Shown: piece by piece, positions 36,180 through 51,100 of the stretch | Layout: every line of letters begins with the position of its first letter | How positions within the stretch are numbered: the stretch's first letter is position 1 | Source of the DNA: Mizuhopecten yessoensis | Taxonomy: Eukaryota | Assembly (NCBI RefSeq): GCF_002113885.1 | Contig: NW_018404790.1 | Coordinates: 741,666-805,665, forward strand | Length of the DNA stretch: 64,000 bases | Reading direction: 5' to 3' | Notes under the pieces: model-generated | Database searches by the model: none | What the model was told of the DNA's origin: nothing | The model's input: the letters and a program-made list of their open reading frames with translations, nothing else | Translations under genes and position numbers: made by a program

Positions 36180-39100
36180 ATGGCGACCATGACACACAGA
36201 CGACCGTGCTTGGAGCTATTTTTGCTTGTTTTCGTAGCCTGTATATTACAACCTGGATATTCTGAGACTCTCCCAGAGTTAAGTGTGTAAGTACAATATA
36301 GTCATTACTTTATAGAAGTTTTTGTCGTCATTTTTACCACCTTAACATCGTTTTCCAGCCACTGGATCTTACCTCCGCCGATGATACCCGAGCCTGCGGT
36401 TTGTAAACAGTCATCAACAGTCACTAACGTTTGAGTACTGATGGCATGTGGTATTTGTTGAGTGTTCTAACTTCTGAAATAATGCCCATGCAATGCCACG
36501 AAATGTCAATACCGTACTGAAAGAGTTTGTTTACTATCCGATCTGTCACTTGTGATTTGTCCCAGTGATGAGGGTACGTTGTGAGTGTGAGGTAATGGTG
36601 AGGGTACCGGCGAATGGGTTTATGCGAGAAGGGAGTGAATAGGTCTTGTAGTATCATACTATGCAATAATGAAGACATACATATTGCATTTAGATTATCA
36701 TGCTAAACCCTTTTAGGTAAGATAGACTATTACAGACACTATGTTATAATTAATATCATTTGCTTGGTAAAATGTAAATACATGCACTAAATGGTGTACA
36801 TTTGGAATCTTGGTTAGGTACGTTGGCCAGATATATTCTGAGAAATGTGGTGACACAGATGATTATATTGTGACAGTGTATTTTGATTATGAATCATTTC
36901 ATCATCATTTGTCTTTCAGCTTTAGATTCATACCAGTTTCTTTAAAATGAAAAAAGTACTATTTTATGTATCTTTTCATCATTATTTGTCCATTAGTTTT
37001 AGTTTCATTGGTTTCTTTTAATTGGAAAAAGGTGACACAGGGTGTACTAATAGTTTACCAATAAAACATAGATAAAATATACTTACCAATAGTTTAAGTA
37101 ATGATACAACAAAGAATGTTCAGCTAAAATTAGAATGGTAGGGGTCAGTGATATCCAAGTGTAGCAGAACTGGGCTGATCAACGTCGACTAGGTAGCTCA
37201 GTTGATAGAGCGTCCGTCTCAGAGTTTGGAGGGTCCCAAGTTCGAACCTTGGTCTGGCTGTTACATTTTCAATTTCTACTGTTACAAATTTGGTGAGCTT
37301 GCCAACCCTTGTTTCAAGCATTGGGAATACGCTTAGCAAGGTGATACTTGAACATGGGTTGTAAATAGTTGTGTCTTCGGGGGCAAAGATTTTGATAAAG
37401 GAGGGAGGAGTTTAGCTGGACTGGGTCAATCGTTGGTGACCAGGTAGCTCAGTTGGTAGAGCGTCTGTCTAGAGTGCGGAGTGTCCCGGTTTCGAACCCT
37501 GGTCTCACTCAGGCCATTCCATTTTCTCTTTCTCTTGTTACACAAACATGAAGTTACAGTTTGGTTAGAAATAATACTCGGTATTTTCAAGTATCCAAAT
37601 ATATCCATCATCACATGTGATATTAACAAATATTAATATGGGGGGGGGNNNNNNNNNNNNNNNNNNNNNNNNNNNNNNNNNNNNNNNNNNNNNNNNNNNN
37701 NNNNNNNNNNNNNNNNNNNNNNNNNNNNNNNNNNNNNNNNNNNNNNNNNNNNNNNNNNNNNNNNNNNNNNNNNNNNNNNNNNNNNNNNNNNNNNNNNNNN
37801 NNNGGGGAGGGGAGAGGGGTATTATTGCCAATCCATTAAGAAAGACAGACAACCTCTTTACCTGACATGATTTTAGTAGTAAAGTTGAGACACTGACATG
37901 TATTGAGTATTTGCACATCAGCTGATTGTCTCGTTCATTATGTCACAGTTTTGTTGTGTTAACTCAAAATATGTATGCAGATAAAGAAATAATTCTCAAG
38001 ATAAATGCTTCATTTTTATGAAGAAACATATATATATATATATGTGTACTCGGGAATAGTTCGACCATTAATGACATGTCATGGGGTTGTCAGTGATATT
38101 GCTTGATATGAATAGTCCATGGAATTCACTAAAAAACTTGTCCAACACAGATAAACACAGCTAGTGTACATGTTTAAGACATAACATGGTATTAATTTAA
38201 GTTTTAAAATATCATGTACATCTCGCCACCCCTCTGATGAATATGTTAATTGTATATGAATACAAGATCAATACACTAATACTCTGTCTGGACCTTTGGG
38301 ATGCGGTTGCTCATTGATCCCTTGTATATATCGTATATATATATGAGTCACAATAATTTCTATCAAGCTGGTATAGTCTTAGTTAAATGAGCAGCATTAG
38401 ATAACTATTTGAATAACAGTGTACTTGTACTGTATATATGGGGCTTGAGGTTTCTGTTATTTATTTTATCATATATAACTGTTAACTCTCCAGTAATGAC
38501 ATGGAGAAAAATTAGATATTGCCATTTGATCATAATAGTTTTAAGTTACTGAATATTTTTTTATGAAAAGTTATGAAATTTCAAAAAATGAATGGGGCTG
38601 AGCATGCTGCATTTGCAGGCAAAATACTAGCTAACATTGCTATTGAGAAATCTTATAATACAGTGTTATAATTAATATGTTGTTTAATGGAAAAATAACG
38701 CTTTCAATCACCTTGTGGACTTGCAATATGGATGGCTGTTATTAAATAATCTCAATGGTGATTGTTACATATATATATAAAATGTTTGTAAGTTATACCT
38801 GATAAGTGATAGCCGTTATACATTATCTAATGTACTTTAAAACATTTTGAGTTATTCTGTATATCCAATATGAGATCCAGTACTTGTATATATGGCATTG
38901 TGTAGGATGTATTTCAGCAATTATGTTACGTTACAGATAGCCTTCGAAGAGGCAGCTGTACATTATTAACTTATTTACCCCTGAAATTTCATAATGAACT
39001 TTTCCAACCATTGAATTTGAAGAGTATATCACATTAGGTTTGATTTGTGTCATCAATTTTGGCATAGGATTCACCAGCTCACTATTATAACTCATGGGAA

Positions 39101-42100
39101 GTAGGATTCACTGAAGTTATGATTATGCATTTAAGTGATATATTCTATAATTTTTAAGATACGATATTCATAATTATTTTTACATCATGTATAACAATTT
39201 TGTACAAAGCTCACAATTATTGCTTCAAAGAAATTCCTCACTGTGTGGGACACATTTCAAATGAATTCCAATTAATGGTATTGTGAAAAAAACCACAGTT
39301 AATTATCAGCAATCCTACGAGAGAAACAATAGCTACACATATTCAGATTAACCTTATAAGTCACTGACAGGTCTTAAACCACAGACCAGGCCAATTATCA
39401 GCTTAGATATTAAAGCTTTGAACGGATGACCAATTTTTCACACATGGCCTTGTGTCATGCACACCATGCTTACCCATGTACACATATAATAGATTTTGGA
39501 GAAACATTACAATTTTACCTCACAAAATATATACCAAAGAAATATCGCATTTGTTTAACTCGAATACGTACATCTACCCATTCTTTAGCTATAGAAGTTG
39601 GAAGGTATAATAATATACCTAGAGAACGTAGATATTGTAAACAGTGTAACTCCCCCTCTGAATTAGAGGACGAATTTCATTTTTTATTGGTCTGTTCTAA
39701 ATTCCAAAATCTCAGATCTCGTTTTATCAAAAGCTATTATTGGAAAAAACCATCTGTGTTTAAAGTCGTCCAGTTATTGAGTGTCCATAATATTAAAGAA
39801 TTGTGTATACTAGGAAAATTCATATATGAGGCAAACAAATTAAGGGTATTATAATGGAATATGATTGTTTTCATCCTCTGTACATTGTCCATGATTTGTT
39901 TAAAAAATGTTTTGTATACTGATGGGCCAATGGCCCAAAGTTTGAATAAAACTTGAAACTTGAACTTGAACTGTGGAGCAATTAGATACGAGATCCTCAG
40001 TCCAGTGATCATGAGGATTAGTTAATAATTAGTCTGTAATGTAGGTCAATTATTGATACCAAAATTATCGTGTGCTGCTTGGGATTCAGCCAGCATCAAG
40101 ATTTATGATTGCGTTAAGATGTAGGTGGCAGGCAGGTAGGACTCGAGATCTAGGACTCAAAGAAATTGTAGTTACAATAGATGGGTGTTAACATATATAT
40201 TTTCATATAAATATGTGTGTGATATTTTAACTTAAAACTTAGAACATGTAAGACTTACTTGAGCTTATGGTTACAGCTAATGTAACACAATAATAAGAAT
40301 AACAAATTTAAACCATATAACATTCCACTGGTCTTCCAAGTTTGGAGGAAACACTTTTTATTTACTTATCAAAATAGCAACATTCCTGAACCCAGTGCCC
40401 AAAGTGAGTCCCAGATATTATTCCAGCTTGTGCTTGATCCTGAGGTATACTATTGTCCCGGCCAGTGCCCCAGGTATTGTAACACGGGGTGGGGGCAGGA
40501 TCAAACTTGCTAATACAGTACATTTCACCTAATATCACGTCTGCTAATGTCATTTTTCGGTTATTATCATGTTTTTTGATGCACCGTTTTTCCTGCTATA
40601 TAATCTATGCAATTCAATTCTTTTATTATCACCTGATTTTATGTCGATTTCTCTTAATATCACTTTATTTTGGCCACTGTCACTAAAAAAATACAGGTAA
40701 ATGATGGTAATGATTCATGATAAATGCCCTGGGGACCTTCTGTCACACCCTGGACACATTATGTAAACAATGCCGCAGCCTAACAGGGTATTTTTTACAC
40801 CTGGCTGACTGTCAAACAATAGGTTACACCTGGCTGACTGTTAAACAATAGGTTGACTTACATACTTGTTAACATCATATTCACCTGTGGTTGGGGGAGC
40901 TAGGACAGTCTAACATCTGTAAACTTTTCTAATGCCAATTGCAAGTGTGATGTATTCTTTCAACTAATTATAACATGTGTACTATCTTCGATTACACACT
41001 TGCAGCAAATATCTAAGGAAATTAACCTATAAAAAGATGTTAATAGCGAAAGAACAGTATTTATATATCAAGATATAGGTAAATATTTACCAAGTCTCAT
41101 GTTTACAATTGAATCTTATTCTATATATATATATACATCTATGCAGAACTGGACGGCATATTTATCTCATTATTAATTAACAGTAGACCAGTTAGCCAGT
41201 GTATCTTTATTGATGTATAGCACGCTCTTCAGGGGTGAGATGTGAAGCACATTACACAGGGTTTTCAATAGACCCTTGAGGATATGATTTATCTTATTAA
41301 CAATAGAATAAATAACAGTCTATAGTATGAAGAAACCTCATCAATTTAAATTTGAGAATTCTCGGCCAATCTTAAAAAAAGTGTTTTTTGAAGGATCCCT
41401 ACTCGCATTGGCATGTATTTTTTGTTATTTTCAAAAAAAAAAGAAATCTCATATTAGTATTATTTTAAACACCAACTTTCATTGATTTACAGCAAGGTAA
41501 TTTTTTCTTTTACTGAAAGTTCCAAAAAAAGGTTTTGAGTAGGTGCCATTTTCAGTGAGTCCATATTGGAAAATTGCAAACAAACAATTTTTGAAGGAGG
41601 GTCCTAGATATATACATGCATGCTCCCTTTGCAATGAAGTACAATAGTGTTGAGAACTGAGATGAGAAGACTTGCGCACAGTATTATAAATAAGGGCTTG
41701 CTCCTTACACTTGTTTTTTGAATTGATTGCATCTGATATCAATATGTAGGTGTGCGGGTATCGAGGCAATTTTTATATTGCAATACATTGTTTTGCTAGA
41801 AATTCTGTATATTTTTATACGTCCGTCAAATTTGATGAGAGTATTATGTATGGTATAGGGTTGTCCGGCCGGCCGGCGTAATCTTTTGTTTGTCCGGCAA
41901 TGTCCTCCTACATTTTTCGACCTTATCTCTTTGAAACTTGGTATTCATCAAAATCATGATATGAAGTTGTGTCTCCCTTAAAAGAAATTTGATTCAACAA
42001 TTTTTCCAAAAGTAATTGCCCTTTGTTTATTTCAGTATTTGATTTTTGTCCGGCAATGTCCTCCTACATTTTTCAACAGATCTCTTTGAAACTTGGTATA

Positions 42101-45100
42101 CATTATAATCATGATATGAAGTTGTGTCTCACTTAAAAAGAATTTTGATTCAACGATTTTTGCAAAAGTAATTGCCCTTTGTTCATTTCAGTTTTTGATT
42201 TTTTGTCCGGAGATTTTCTCCTACATTTTTTATAGCATGTCAGCTAACCAATCTTAGAATGATGCAGATCTGATTTCAATGTAAGAAAGTATATAACACT
42301 ATTTGACATTCAACGGGCGTATATTGTTCCGCCCCGCGGTACTCTTGTTAATAATTTTATATAGAAAACACAAAAGGTAATCATCATTTCAGCAAGATTA
42401 AATGGTAAATTGAAAAATATTATATATATTTATATTATAGAATAAAATAATAAATCTGTCAGATCTACCGCTATATTAAATATATATATACATGTATAGA
42501 GATTTGGAAGTTATTTTGGATAACTCAATCCCATTATAGCATTACCAGGGCATTTCTGTCAGATTATTTCACAATTGTGCCCAAACCCTCCAAATATGTT
42601 TGCTGTATATTGCCATTTAAAAAACTATATTGTTATATATATTGCCAGACAAATATTGGCATTGCAGTATTATTGCCCACCCCTGCTCAGATGTAGGCTA
42701 TTGTTTGTACATATGTTATAACTTGTTATTGTCTTGCTCTTTGTCTTCTTTAAATTGTTATGTAATTACAAAAGGGCAATGCTCGAGGAATAGAATTGAA
42801 TATTTTGTAAATATGCACTGTGATGTAACCTATAGGCTTCAGCTTGTGCACTACAAATTACCATTGTGTGAATCTATATTAGGCTGTGACAATTAAATTA
42901 CTTCTGTAAACAGTTGTACTTTAGACCTATAATATACTTTTAAATTGCTTTTCAGTGTGCAGAAGTGGGCCGAGAAGTTGGATAATGACTTTGAAAAAGT
43001 TGCTGTGGATGGTACAGGCAGTACAGTGCTGACAAAGGTAAGATACACCAATCAAGATTAGTGAACAACACAAGTTGTACCTGCTGGGGGCTGTAACATT
43101 CCTTACTACCTTATCACATTCAATTTATAGCTATTGATCACCTGATTACCTAGGGGTCAATTCAATACTATTTAAATAAGGTTTGACAAGCAAAAAAAAG
43201 TCTCAAGCAACAGCCATCATATAGAGCCTGACAAAGAAAACAGAGTTGTTAAATTACCAACAGACTGAAAAGTGAATAAAACATGATGTGACCACCAACA
43301 ATCTGACAAAGAGAACAGAGATGTGACAACCAACAATCTGACAGAGAGAACAGACATGTGACAACCAACAATCTGACAGAGAGAACAAAGATGTGACAAC
43401 CAACAATCTTACAAAGAGAACAGAAATCTTACAACCAACAATCTGGCAAAGAGAACAGAGATGTGACAACCAATAATCTGACAAAGAGAACAGAGATGTG
43501 ACAACCAATAATCTGACAAAGAGAACTGACATGTGACAACCAACAATCTGACAAAGAGAACAAAAATGTTACAACCAATAATCTGACAAAGAGAACAGAG
43601 TTGTGACAACCAACAATCTGACAGAGAGACCAGACATGTGACAACCAACAATCTGACAAAGAGAACAGAGATATGACAACCAACAATCTGACAGAGAGAA
43701 CAGACATGTGACAACCAACAATCTGACAAAGGAAACACACATGTGACAACCAACAATCTGACAAAGAGAACAGAGATGTGACAACCGACAATCTGACAAA
43801 GAGGCCAGACATTTGACAACCAATAATATGACAAAGAGGACAGACATGTGACTACCAACACTCTGACAGAGAGAACAAAGATGTGACAACCAACAATCTG
43901 ACAAAGAGAACAGAAATGTTACAACCAACAATCTGACAAAGAGAACAGACATCTGATGACCAACAATCTGACAAAGAGAACAGACATGTGACAACCAACA
44001 ATCTGACAAAGGAAACACACATGTGACAACACAAAATCTGACAGAGAGAACAGAGATGTGACAACCAACAATCTGACAAATAAACAGACATGCGACAACT
44101 AACAATCTGACAAAGGAAACACACATGTGACAACCAACAATCTGACAGAGAGAACAGAGATGTGACAACCAACAATCTGACAGAGAGAACCGAGATGTGA
44201 CAACAATCAATCTGACAAAGAGAACAGACATTTGACAACCAACAATCTGACAAAGAGAACAGAGATATTACAACCAACAGTCTGACAAAGTGAACAGACA
44301 TGTGACAACCAACAATCTGACAGAGAGAACAGACATGTGACAACCAACAATCTTACAAAGTGAACAGACATGTGACAACCAACAATCTGACAGAGAGAAC
44401 AGAGATGTGACAACCAACAATCTGACAAAGAGAACAGAGATATGACAACCAACAATCTGACAGAGAGAACCGAGATGTGACAACAATCAATCTGACAAAG
44501 AGAACAGACATTTGACAACCAACAATCTGACAAAGAGAACAGAGATATGGCAACCAACAGTCTGACAAAGTGAACAGACGTGTGACAACCAACAATCTGA
44601 CAAAGAGAACAGAGATATGACAACAAACAGTCTGACAAAGTGAACAGACATGTGACAACCAACAATCTGACAAAGTGAACAGACATGTGACAACCATCAA
44701 TTTGACAAAGAGAACAAACATGTGACAACCAACAATCTGACAAATCGAGAGAGGACATGACAACAACTATAGCAAGGAGAACAGAGGTGTGACAGCGAAG
44801 AGTCTGACAAAGAGAAGAAAATGTGATAACAACTACATATATAGAAAGGAGAATGGAGGCACAACCAACGCAAAAAGGAAATTGACAACTAGCAGACAAG
44901 TTAGCATTGCAAAGACAAATGAAACTGACAACTAGCTGACAAGTTAACATTGCAAAGACATGAAACTGACAACTAGCTGACAAGTAAACATTGCAAAGAC
45001 ATGAAACTGACAACTAGCAGACAAGTTAACATTGCAAAGACAAATGAAACTGACAACTAGCTGACAAGTAAACATTGCAAAGACAAATGAAACTGACAAC

Positions 45101-48100
45101 TAGCAGACAGTTTAACATTGCAAAGACAAATGAAACACAGTTTAACATTGCAAAGACAAATGAAACTGACAACTAGCAGTCAAATTAGCATTGCAAAGAC
45201 AAATGAAACTGATAACTAGCAGACAAGTTAACATTGCAAAGACAAATGAAACTGACAGCTAGCAGACAAGTTAACATTGCAAAGACAAATGAAACTGACA
45301 ATTAGCAGACAAGTTAACATTGCAAAGACAAATGAAACTGAAAAATAGCAGACAAGGCAACATTGCAAAGACAAATGAAACCGACAACCAACAGACAGTT
45401 TAACATTGCAAAGACAAATGAAACTGACAACAAGCAGACAGTTTAACATTGCAAAGACAATTGAAACCGACAACCTGTAGACATTCTGCCAAAAGAAATG
45501 AGATTGACAGGGAAGAGAGTTGCATGTCAACATACACTGTCTGTTGATACCTTCCCCAGCGAAATGCTGAGCTTTGCATCCCCATATATATATAGCTCTG
45601 TATATGGTGAGGACTGATGGGCAATCAGTCGGGACTACATTTAGGCACTTCCAACATGTTGTCTGACACAGGCTAAACATAATAGATGTCTTACAATCAA
45701 TTACTATCATAGAACAGTCAGCTTTGCTTCACTTCTGTCTCTCCAGAGGTAATTTGTTACAAATTGTCATGTGTATGTTTCGATTGGAACACACAGGCAT
45801 GGCTGCAGTATACCTACTACTGATCATTGAAAGTGAATACTTCAGCTTAAAATCAATGGTATGTTACTTTGTATATCATAATATATTAGTACTCCTTAAG
45901 CTTCATGGAGGTCATGTACCTACAGTACATTTCACTTAAATGCCACACTGTTTAATGTCACTTTTCATTTTATATCATGTTTTCTTGAAACTTTGTTTTC
46001 CTGTTTAATCTATGTTATATGTAACTTATCTTAAAGTCCCCTGTCCACTTAATATCATTTGGAAAACATGCTGGTAGATGAGGAAAGGAACCCAGGGTTC
46101 ATGTCCTGGGAGTCGGGTGTCGCTCCAGCAGTGGTGTAAAAATCCACTTGCCCAACACCCGGGACAACGAGATTTAGCACTTGAGCAAGTGCAACAAACT
46201 GGCCCTCTTGGCTATCTGAACTGACTGTATTGTAGTGTGATATACTCAAATATTCTTCTTCTGTATTATTGGATTTCTAATTAAAAGTCTTGGCAAGTGC
46301 TTTTGAAAAAAAAGAATTTTGACAGGGGTGTAATTTTTTTCATGTTTTATGTAAATAATATTATGGCCAAACAAGGTCAATCACCATATCTTGCTGATTT
46401 CTAAACAATAAATCAGCCTGACTAAGTGACTTTCTTGTGAAGTTCACCTGTTTGTTTGCATTGTATGTAAAGTTCAGTCCATTAGAGTTAAAAATGAGTT
46501 CTTTAGCTATAAGCATTTGAAATCTTGAAATTAAATTAGATTATATATTGTTATGGTTATGTAGCCATAAAAGTGGAAGGTTTTCTTTGAACAAAAAACC
46601 AATTGATTTCAAAAGAAGATGAAAGAATATTTTTCAAACAAAACTGTGCAAAATTATGTATCATGTAGTTTATGATAATTTGTCATGTTTTGTTTAAAAT
46701 GATCTGTGGGACACCCAGATAACATGCATGCATATATATATATGTCAATGTCTTGATTTATTGGGGTTTATATGTGTTGATGTCCTGATTCACAAACATA
46801 TTTCCAATACTGAATTATAGATGTTAAAAATAAAAGTTTCACTTCCTGTAATGTTTTAATTGAATGGTGAATTTGAGCACTTCGTCCCATGGACTGCATG
46901 CTCATTATGTAGGTTGTACTCAAACATTATTGTAATCGATAAATCCAATGATTTGATCTGGTAAGCATTACATCTCAATTTACATTCAAGCATAATTATG
47001 GATAACCATATCAGATTGTTAAAGTAATGAAGGTCCATTTTTGACATTGGCTTTTGCGGGGACGTAGACACAAAATAAACAAAAAATGAATTGATATAAT
47101 AAGGTGATTTGCTTTCATTAAATCCTTTAACTGTTTAAAAATATTGTAATCAGAGTTAAGACCAATTTGTTTCACATCATATGACTGGCCAATGCAATGC
47201 AACACATGCTCCGAAACATCTCATCCAATGACATTTCTTGCTTCAAATCAACAGGTAGCTAGCTATAGGCTAAAGTAACAAATTAAAGCTCCTGTTGTCG
47301 GCACTTGCAGAAAACTATGTCAAACTTGAAACTTGAAAAGCAGTGATTAAAGTACGTAACAAAGGTGGTACTAAAATCAAAGTAGTATAATTATAAAGCT
47401 CCAGTTAACTTATTAGTGTCAACAATATATAGGTATAACAAATAAATTTGGCCCATTGTTGCTAGAAGCCTGTGAATGCTAACTGCAGATTGATCCAGGC
47501 ATTCTTGATCACACTTTCATAAGGCACGTATATTGGTTTATAGATATTCACCCAGTGTTTTAGCTACATATTTCAATAAACTAAACAAACAACAGGTGTT
47601 CATTTCGCTGTCAATCCCGATCTTATTCCAATAAGTAATCCTTCATAAGTTTTCATTCGGTTTCTTTGAAACCTGGTAGTAGTTAGTGTTAATTGCTATC
47701 ATAAATATAGCTGTAAAATAATATCTCTCCAGTCAACTTTCTCCATGATTTTTTAGCCCACCCTCATCTGATGGTGGGTTATTCAAATCATCCTGCGTCC
47801 ATGGTCCATCCGTCCATCTTTCGTCGTCCATCCTTAAACAATTCTTGTTATCGCTATTTCTCATGAAGTACCGGAGGGATTTCTTTAATTTTATATGTAG
47901 GTTCCCCTTGGTCCCTAGTTGTGCAGGGCAACTTTTGAGACTGATCAGATAAACAACATGGTCGACAGGCAGCCATCTTGGATTTTGATAGTGAAGGTTT
48001 GTTATCGCTATTTCTCGGAAAGTGCCTGAGGGATCTTTCTCAAATTTTATATGTAGGCTCCCCTTGGTCCTTTGTTGTGCAGGGCAACTTTTGAGACTGA

Positions 48101-51100
48101 TCGGATAAACAACATGGCCGAAAGGCAGCCATCTTGGATTTTGATAGTGAAGGTTTGTTATCGTTATTTCGCGGGGAGTACTTGAGGGATATTTCTCAAA
48201 TTTGTTATGTAGGTTTCCCTTAGTCCATAGCTGTGCAGGACAATTTTTGAGACTGATCGAATAAACAACATGGCTGACAGGCAGCCATCTTGGATTTTGA
48301 TAGTGAAAGTTTGTTATCGCTATTTCGCAAGAAGCACCAGAGGGATCTTTCTCAAATTTTATATGTAGGTTCCCCTAGGTCTGTAGTTGTGCATGTTTAA
48401 TTTTGAGACTGATCAGATAAACAAAAGGTCCGACAGGCAGCCATCTTGGATTTTGACATTAAAGGTTTGTTATCGCTATTTCTCAGGAAGTACTTGAGGG
48501 ATCTTTCTCAAATTTGATATGCAGGTTTTACTTAGTCTTTCGTAGTGCAGGTTAACTTTTGAGACTGATCAGATTAATAAAATGGCTGACAGGCAGCCAT
48601 CTTGGATTTTGATAGTGAATTTTTGTTATTGCCGTTTCTCAATAAGTAGTGGAGAGATCTTTCTCAAATGGATCAAAAATGGCTAAAGGAAGAAGTATAT
48701 ATGTGAAATGACAAATCTCACTTTGAAGGTTGTCTTTATACATAACAGTATTAAGTTTCGATCAAAAGTTACCTCAAGGTGCATTTACTGTTAACATGAC
48801 TCGATCAAACAGATTAGAGAAAAGAAGAGAAAAAATCGAACTGACAAAGAACTAAGGAAGATGGTACAATGGTGGGTGCAAAGATCCCTCTTTTGTTTGT
48901 TTTAATGGAACTTTATGAAGGTTTTTCCTGTCATGAGATTGATTAAAAAGACAGAATTGTAGACAGTATGATACATTTCTGTGTATAGCCAGTATTGGAT
49001 TTAAGCATCAAACTGCTCAGTCGATATGTATATATAGAGCCACAATATTCCACCATCCAGTGCTACTGATATTGATGAGCAGATTTTGTATGTTACAACC
49101 CACATGACCAATAGTAAGCTATTCTGTAGGCCTCTTAGCTCTTCTCCTGTTAAACATTAAGGCTTTGCGATTGTAATAGAGTATTGATTTTTGGTGGAAA
49201 CCTTATTGAATTTTACTTTGGTTTTCTGCTGATTTGCATTGATATTATTACTGTAGATTCAATCTTGCATCCGTCTGATTAAAACTAGTGTTATTCTGAT
49301 GCAATTTTGTTGTATGTCCTGGACAGGAATATCTGATCTAGAGTGCACATGTATATATATTAAGCCCTGTTACAAGGTGCACAGAGTATAGTCTGTTCGT
49401 TTAGTTCTTCTGTCTGATGAAAAGTTCCAAGGGTTGATGACGTCTCCCAGTGTATTTTGTATGTTACACCAAGGGTGATGACACAAGATGTCCTAATCAT
49501 GTTTAAGTTATGATTGACTGCCAGTTTGTAGGGGTTCCCTGACATGGAAACATTTTTAGATTCTCTTATGCCAAGGGGTGTTAGGATAAGAAAAATCCAC
49601 CTGACAAATTTTCAAATATGTAAAACCTGAAGTTTGCTGAGTTTTTTTCTCTCACAAATTAGGAAATCTTGGGCTTGGTATTTCCTTATCCTGTACCTCT
49701 GGGCATGTCAAAAAAGTATTGTTACTACATATACAAGACATGAAATCGTTTGTAAGATAGAAATTTCCTACACCCTTTTAATTGTGCTGAACAATTGATT
49801 CTATCATACACATACAGGAATGAGATACATGTAGCTACTATCTATGTGGGTAACACACAGTGCTTTAAGCTACACAATACTTCACACTTCACTGATACTC
49901 ACTGATAGCCATGGTACAATCACATTATAAAATCTGCAAAATTTTCTACAATTATCTTGGCATGTAGAAAAAGCCTATGCCCATCCTTTAATGCCTTCAA
50001 GCTTAAGGTATCAAGTTTTCAGAGTGACCTGCTATTTTTCAAGTCAAGACAAACATGTACAGTACACTGCATGTAGATGACACCAGTTGTGACATCAATG
50101 AATGCATGTAGATGACACCAGTTGTGACATCAATGAAATTGCACACAAACATTTGGTACACACTTTCCTTAATGTCCTGTAATTCTAATGGGATAATATA
50201 GAAACTGTTTGCAAGTCTAAGGAAAACCTTGATTTGCACTTCCGACAAGACCTCTGTTCACAAAAATAGAAATAGTTAAATATTCAGAGTCTGCTAATAA
50301 GTTGAAATAATTAAATAGAAATTTAAAAAAAAGTACCTGAGATTATTTTTTTTATTTAAGTAAATAATGTCTAAGATTAATAAAATTTTGATGAAATGAT
50401 GTTAGGATTTGTTTGCATTTCTTGCAATTGGCACAATCAAATTTTTGAGACGGATTGACAATCTAAAGTTGGTGGAATATTTTTGTCATGTAAAGGGGAA
50501 AGATGTTGTCGTCATGTACTTGAATTGTTTTTTAAAATGATGTAGTTCTTGTGGAATATTACAGTGGTTCCCCACTGGGATTGCTGTGGTTGTCAAAAGT
50601 GCTTGAGGAAAATTGAACCAACATCCATTATTTAACCTTCAACCCATGTTCACATTAATCCGATTTTGAAATTTTTGCCTAAATAAAAATATGTCACATT
50701 GCGTGTTATATCGTTAAAGCAGTACTAATAAGGTCTGGAATCCCCCGGAGGTGTACCTGGAGTATAATTTTGAGTTATATTGTCCATAATAAAATTAACT
50801 ACAAGACAATCATGTTATATTGTAATAGTACTTTTGAAAGTGACTCGGGGAGTTGACAATAAAATTGTCCAACAAAATTTAATAAATTTTCCGACTTGGT
50901 ACACCATTTATCACTAGACAGCGCCCTTAATTTCCCTTGGCTGATATTTCAGAAAAAATATAAACGTCTGCACTCAAAGAGTCTAGCTGTTCTGCACCAG
51001 TTTGGCTTTATTTTAACTAGCTAGTGTAACCAAATTTCTCATGCATGGAAGAATGGATTTTATGTATATTCATTATCTGTTAGTTTGTACTGAAAAAAAA

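Noticed and set aside
37190-37510. Functional tRNA genes
   Set aside because: Acceptor stems do not pair, anticodon or T arms are defective, and the units sit in repeated flanks; treated as SINE-like.
19818-37918. ORFs running through N gaps (19818-20204, 34545-34922, 37565-37918)
   Set aside because: Artefacts of unknown bases; two of these gaps sit at poly-G/C runs typical of sequencing dropouts.
43217-45710. Long Cys/Leu-rich ORFs on the minus strand
   Set aside because: Translations of 35- and 43-bp tandem repeats, open in several frames, inside an intron.
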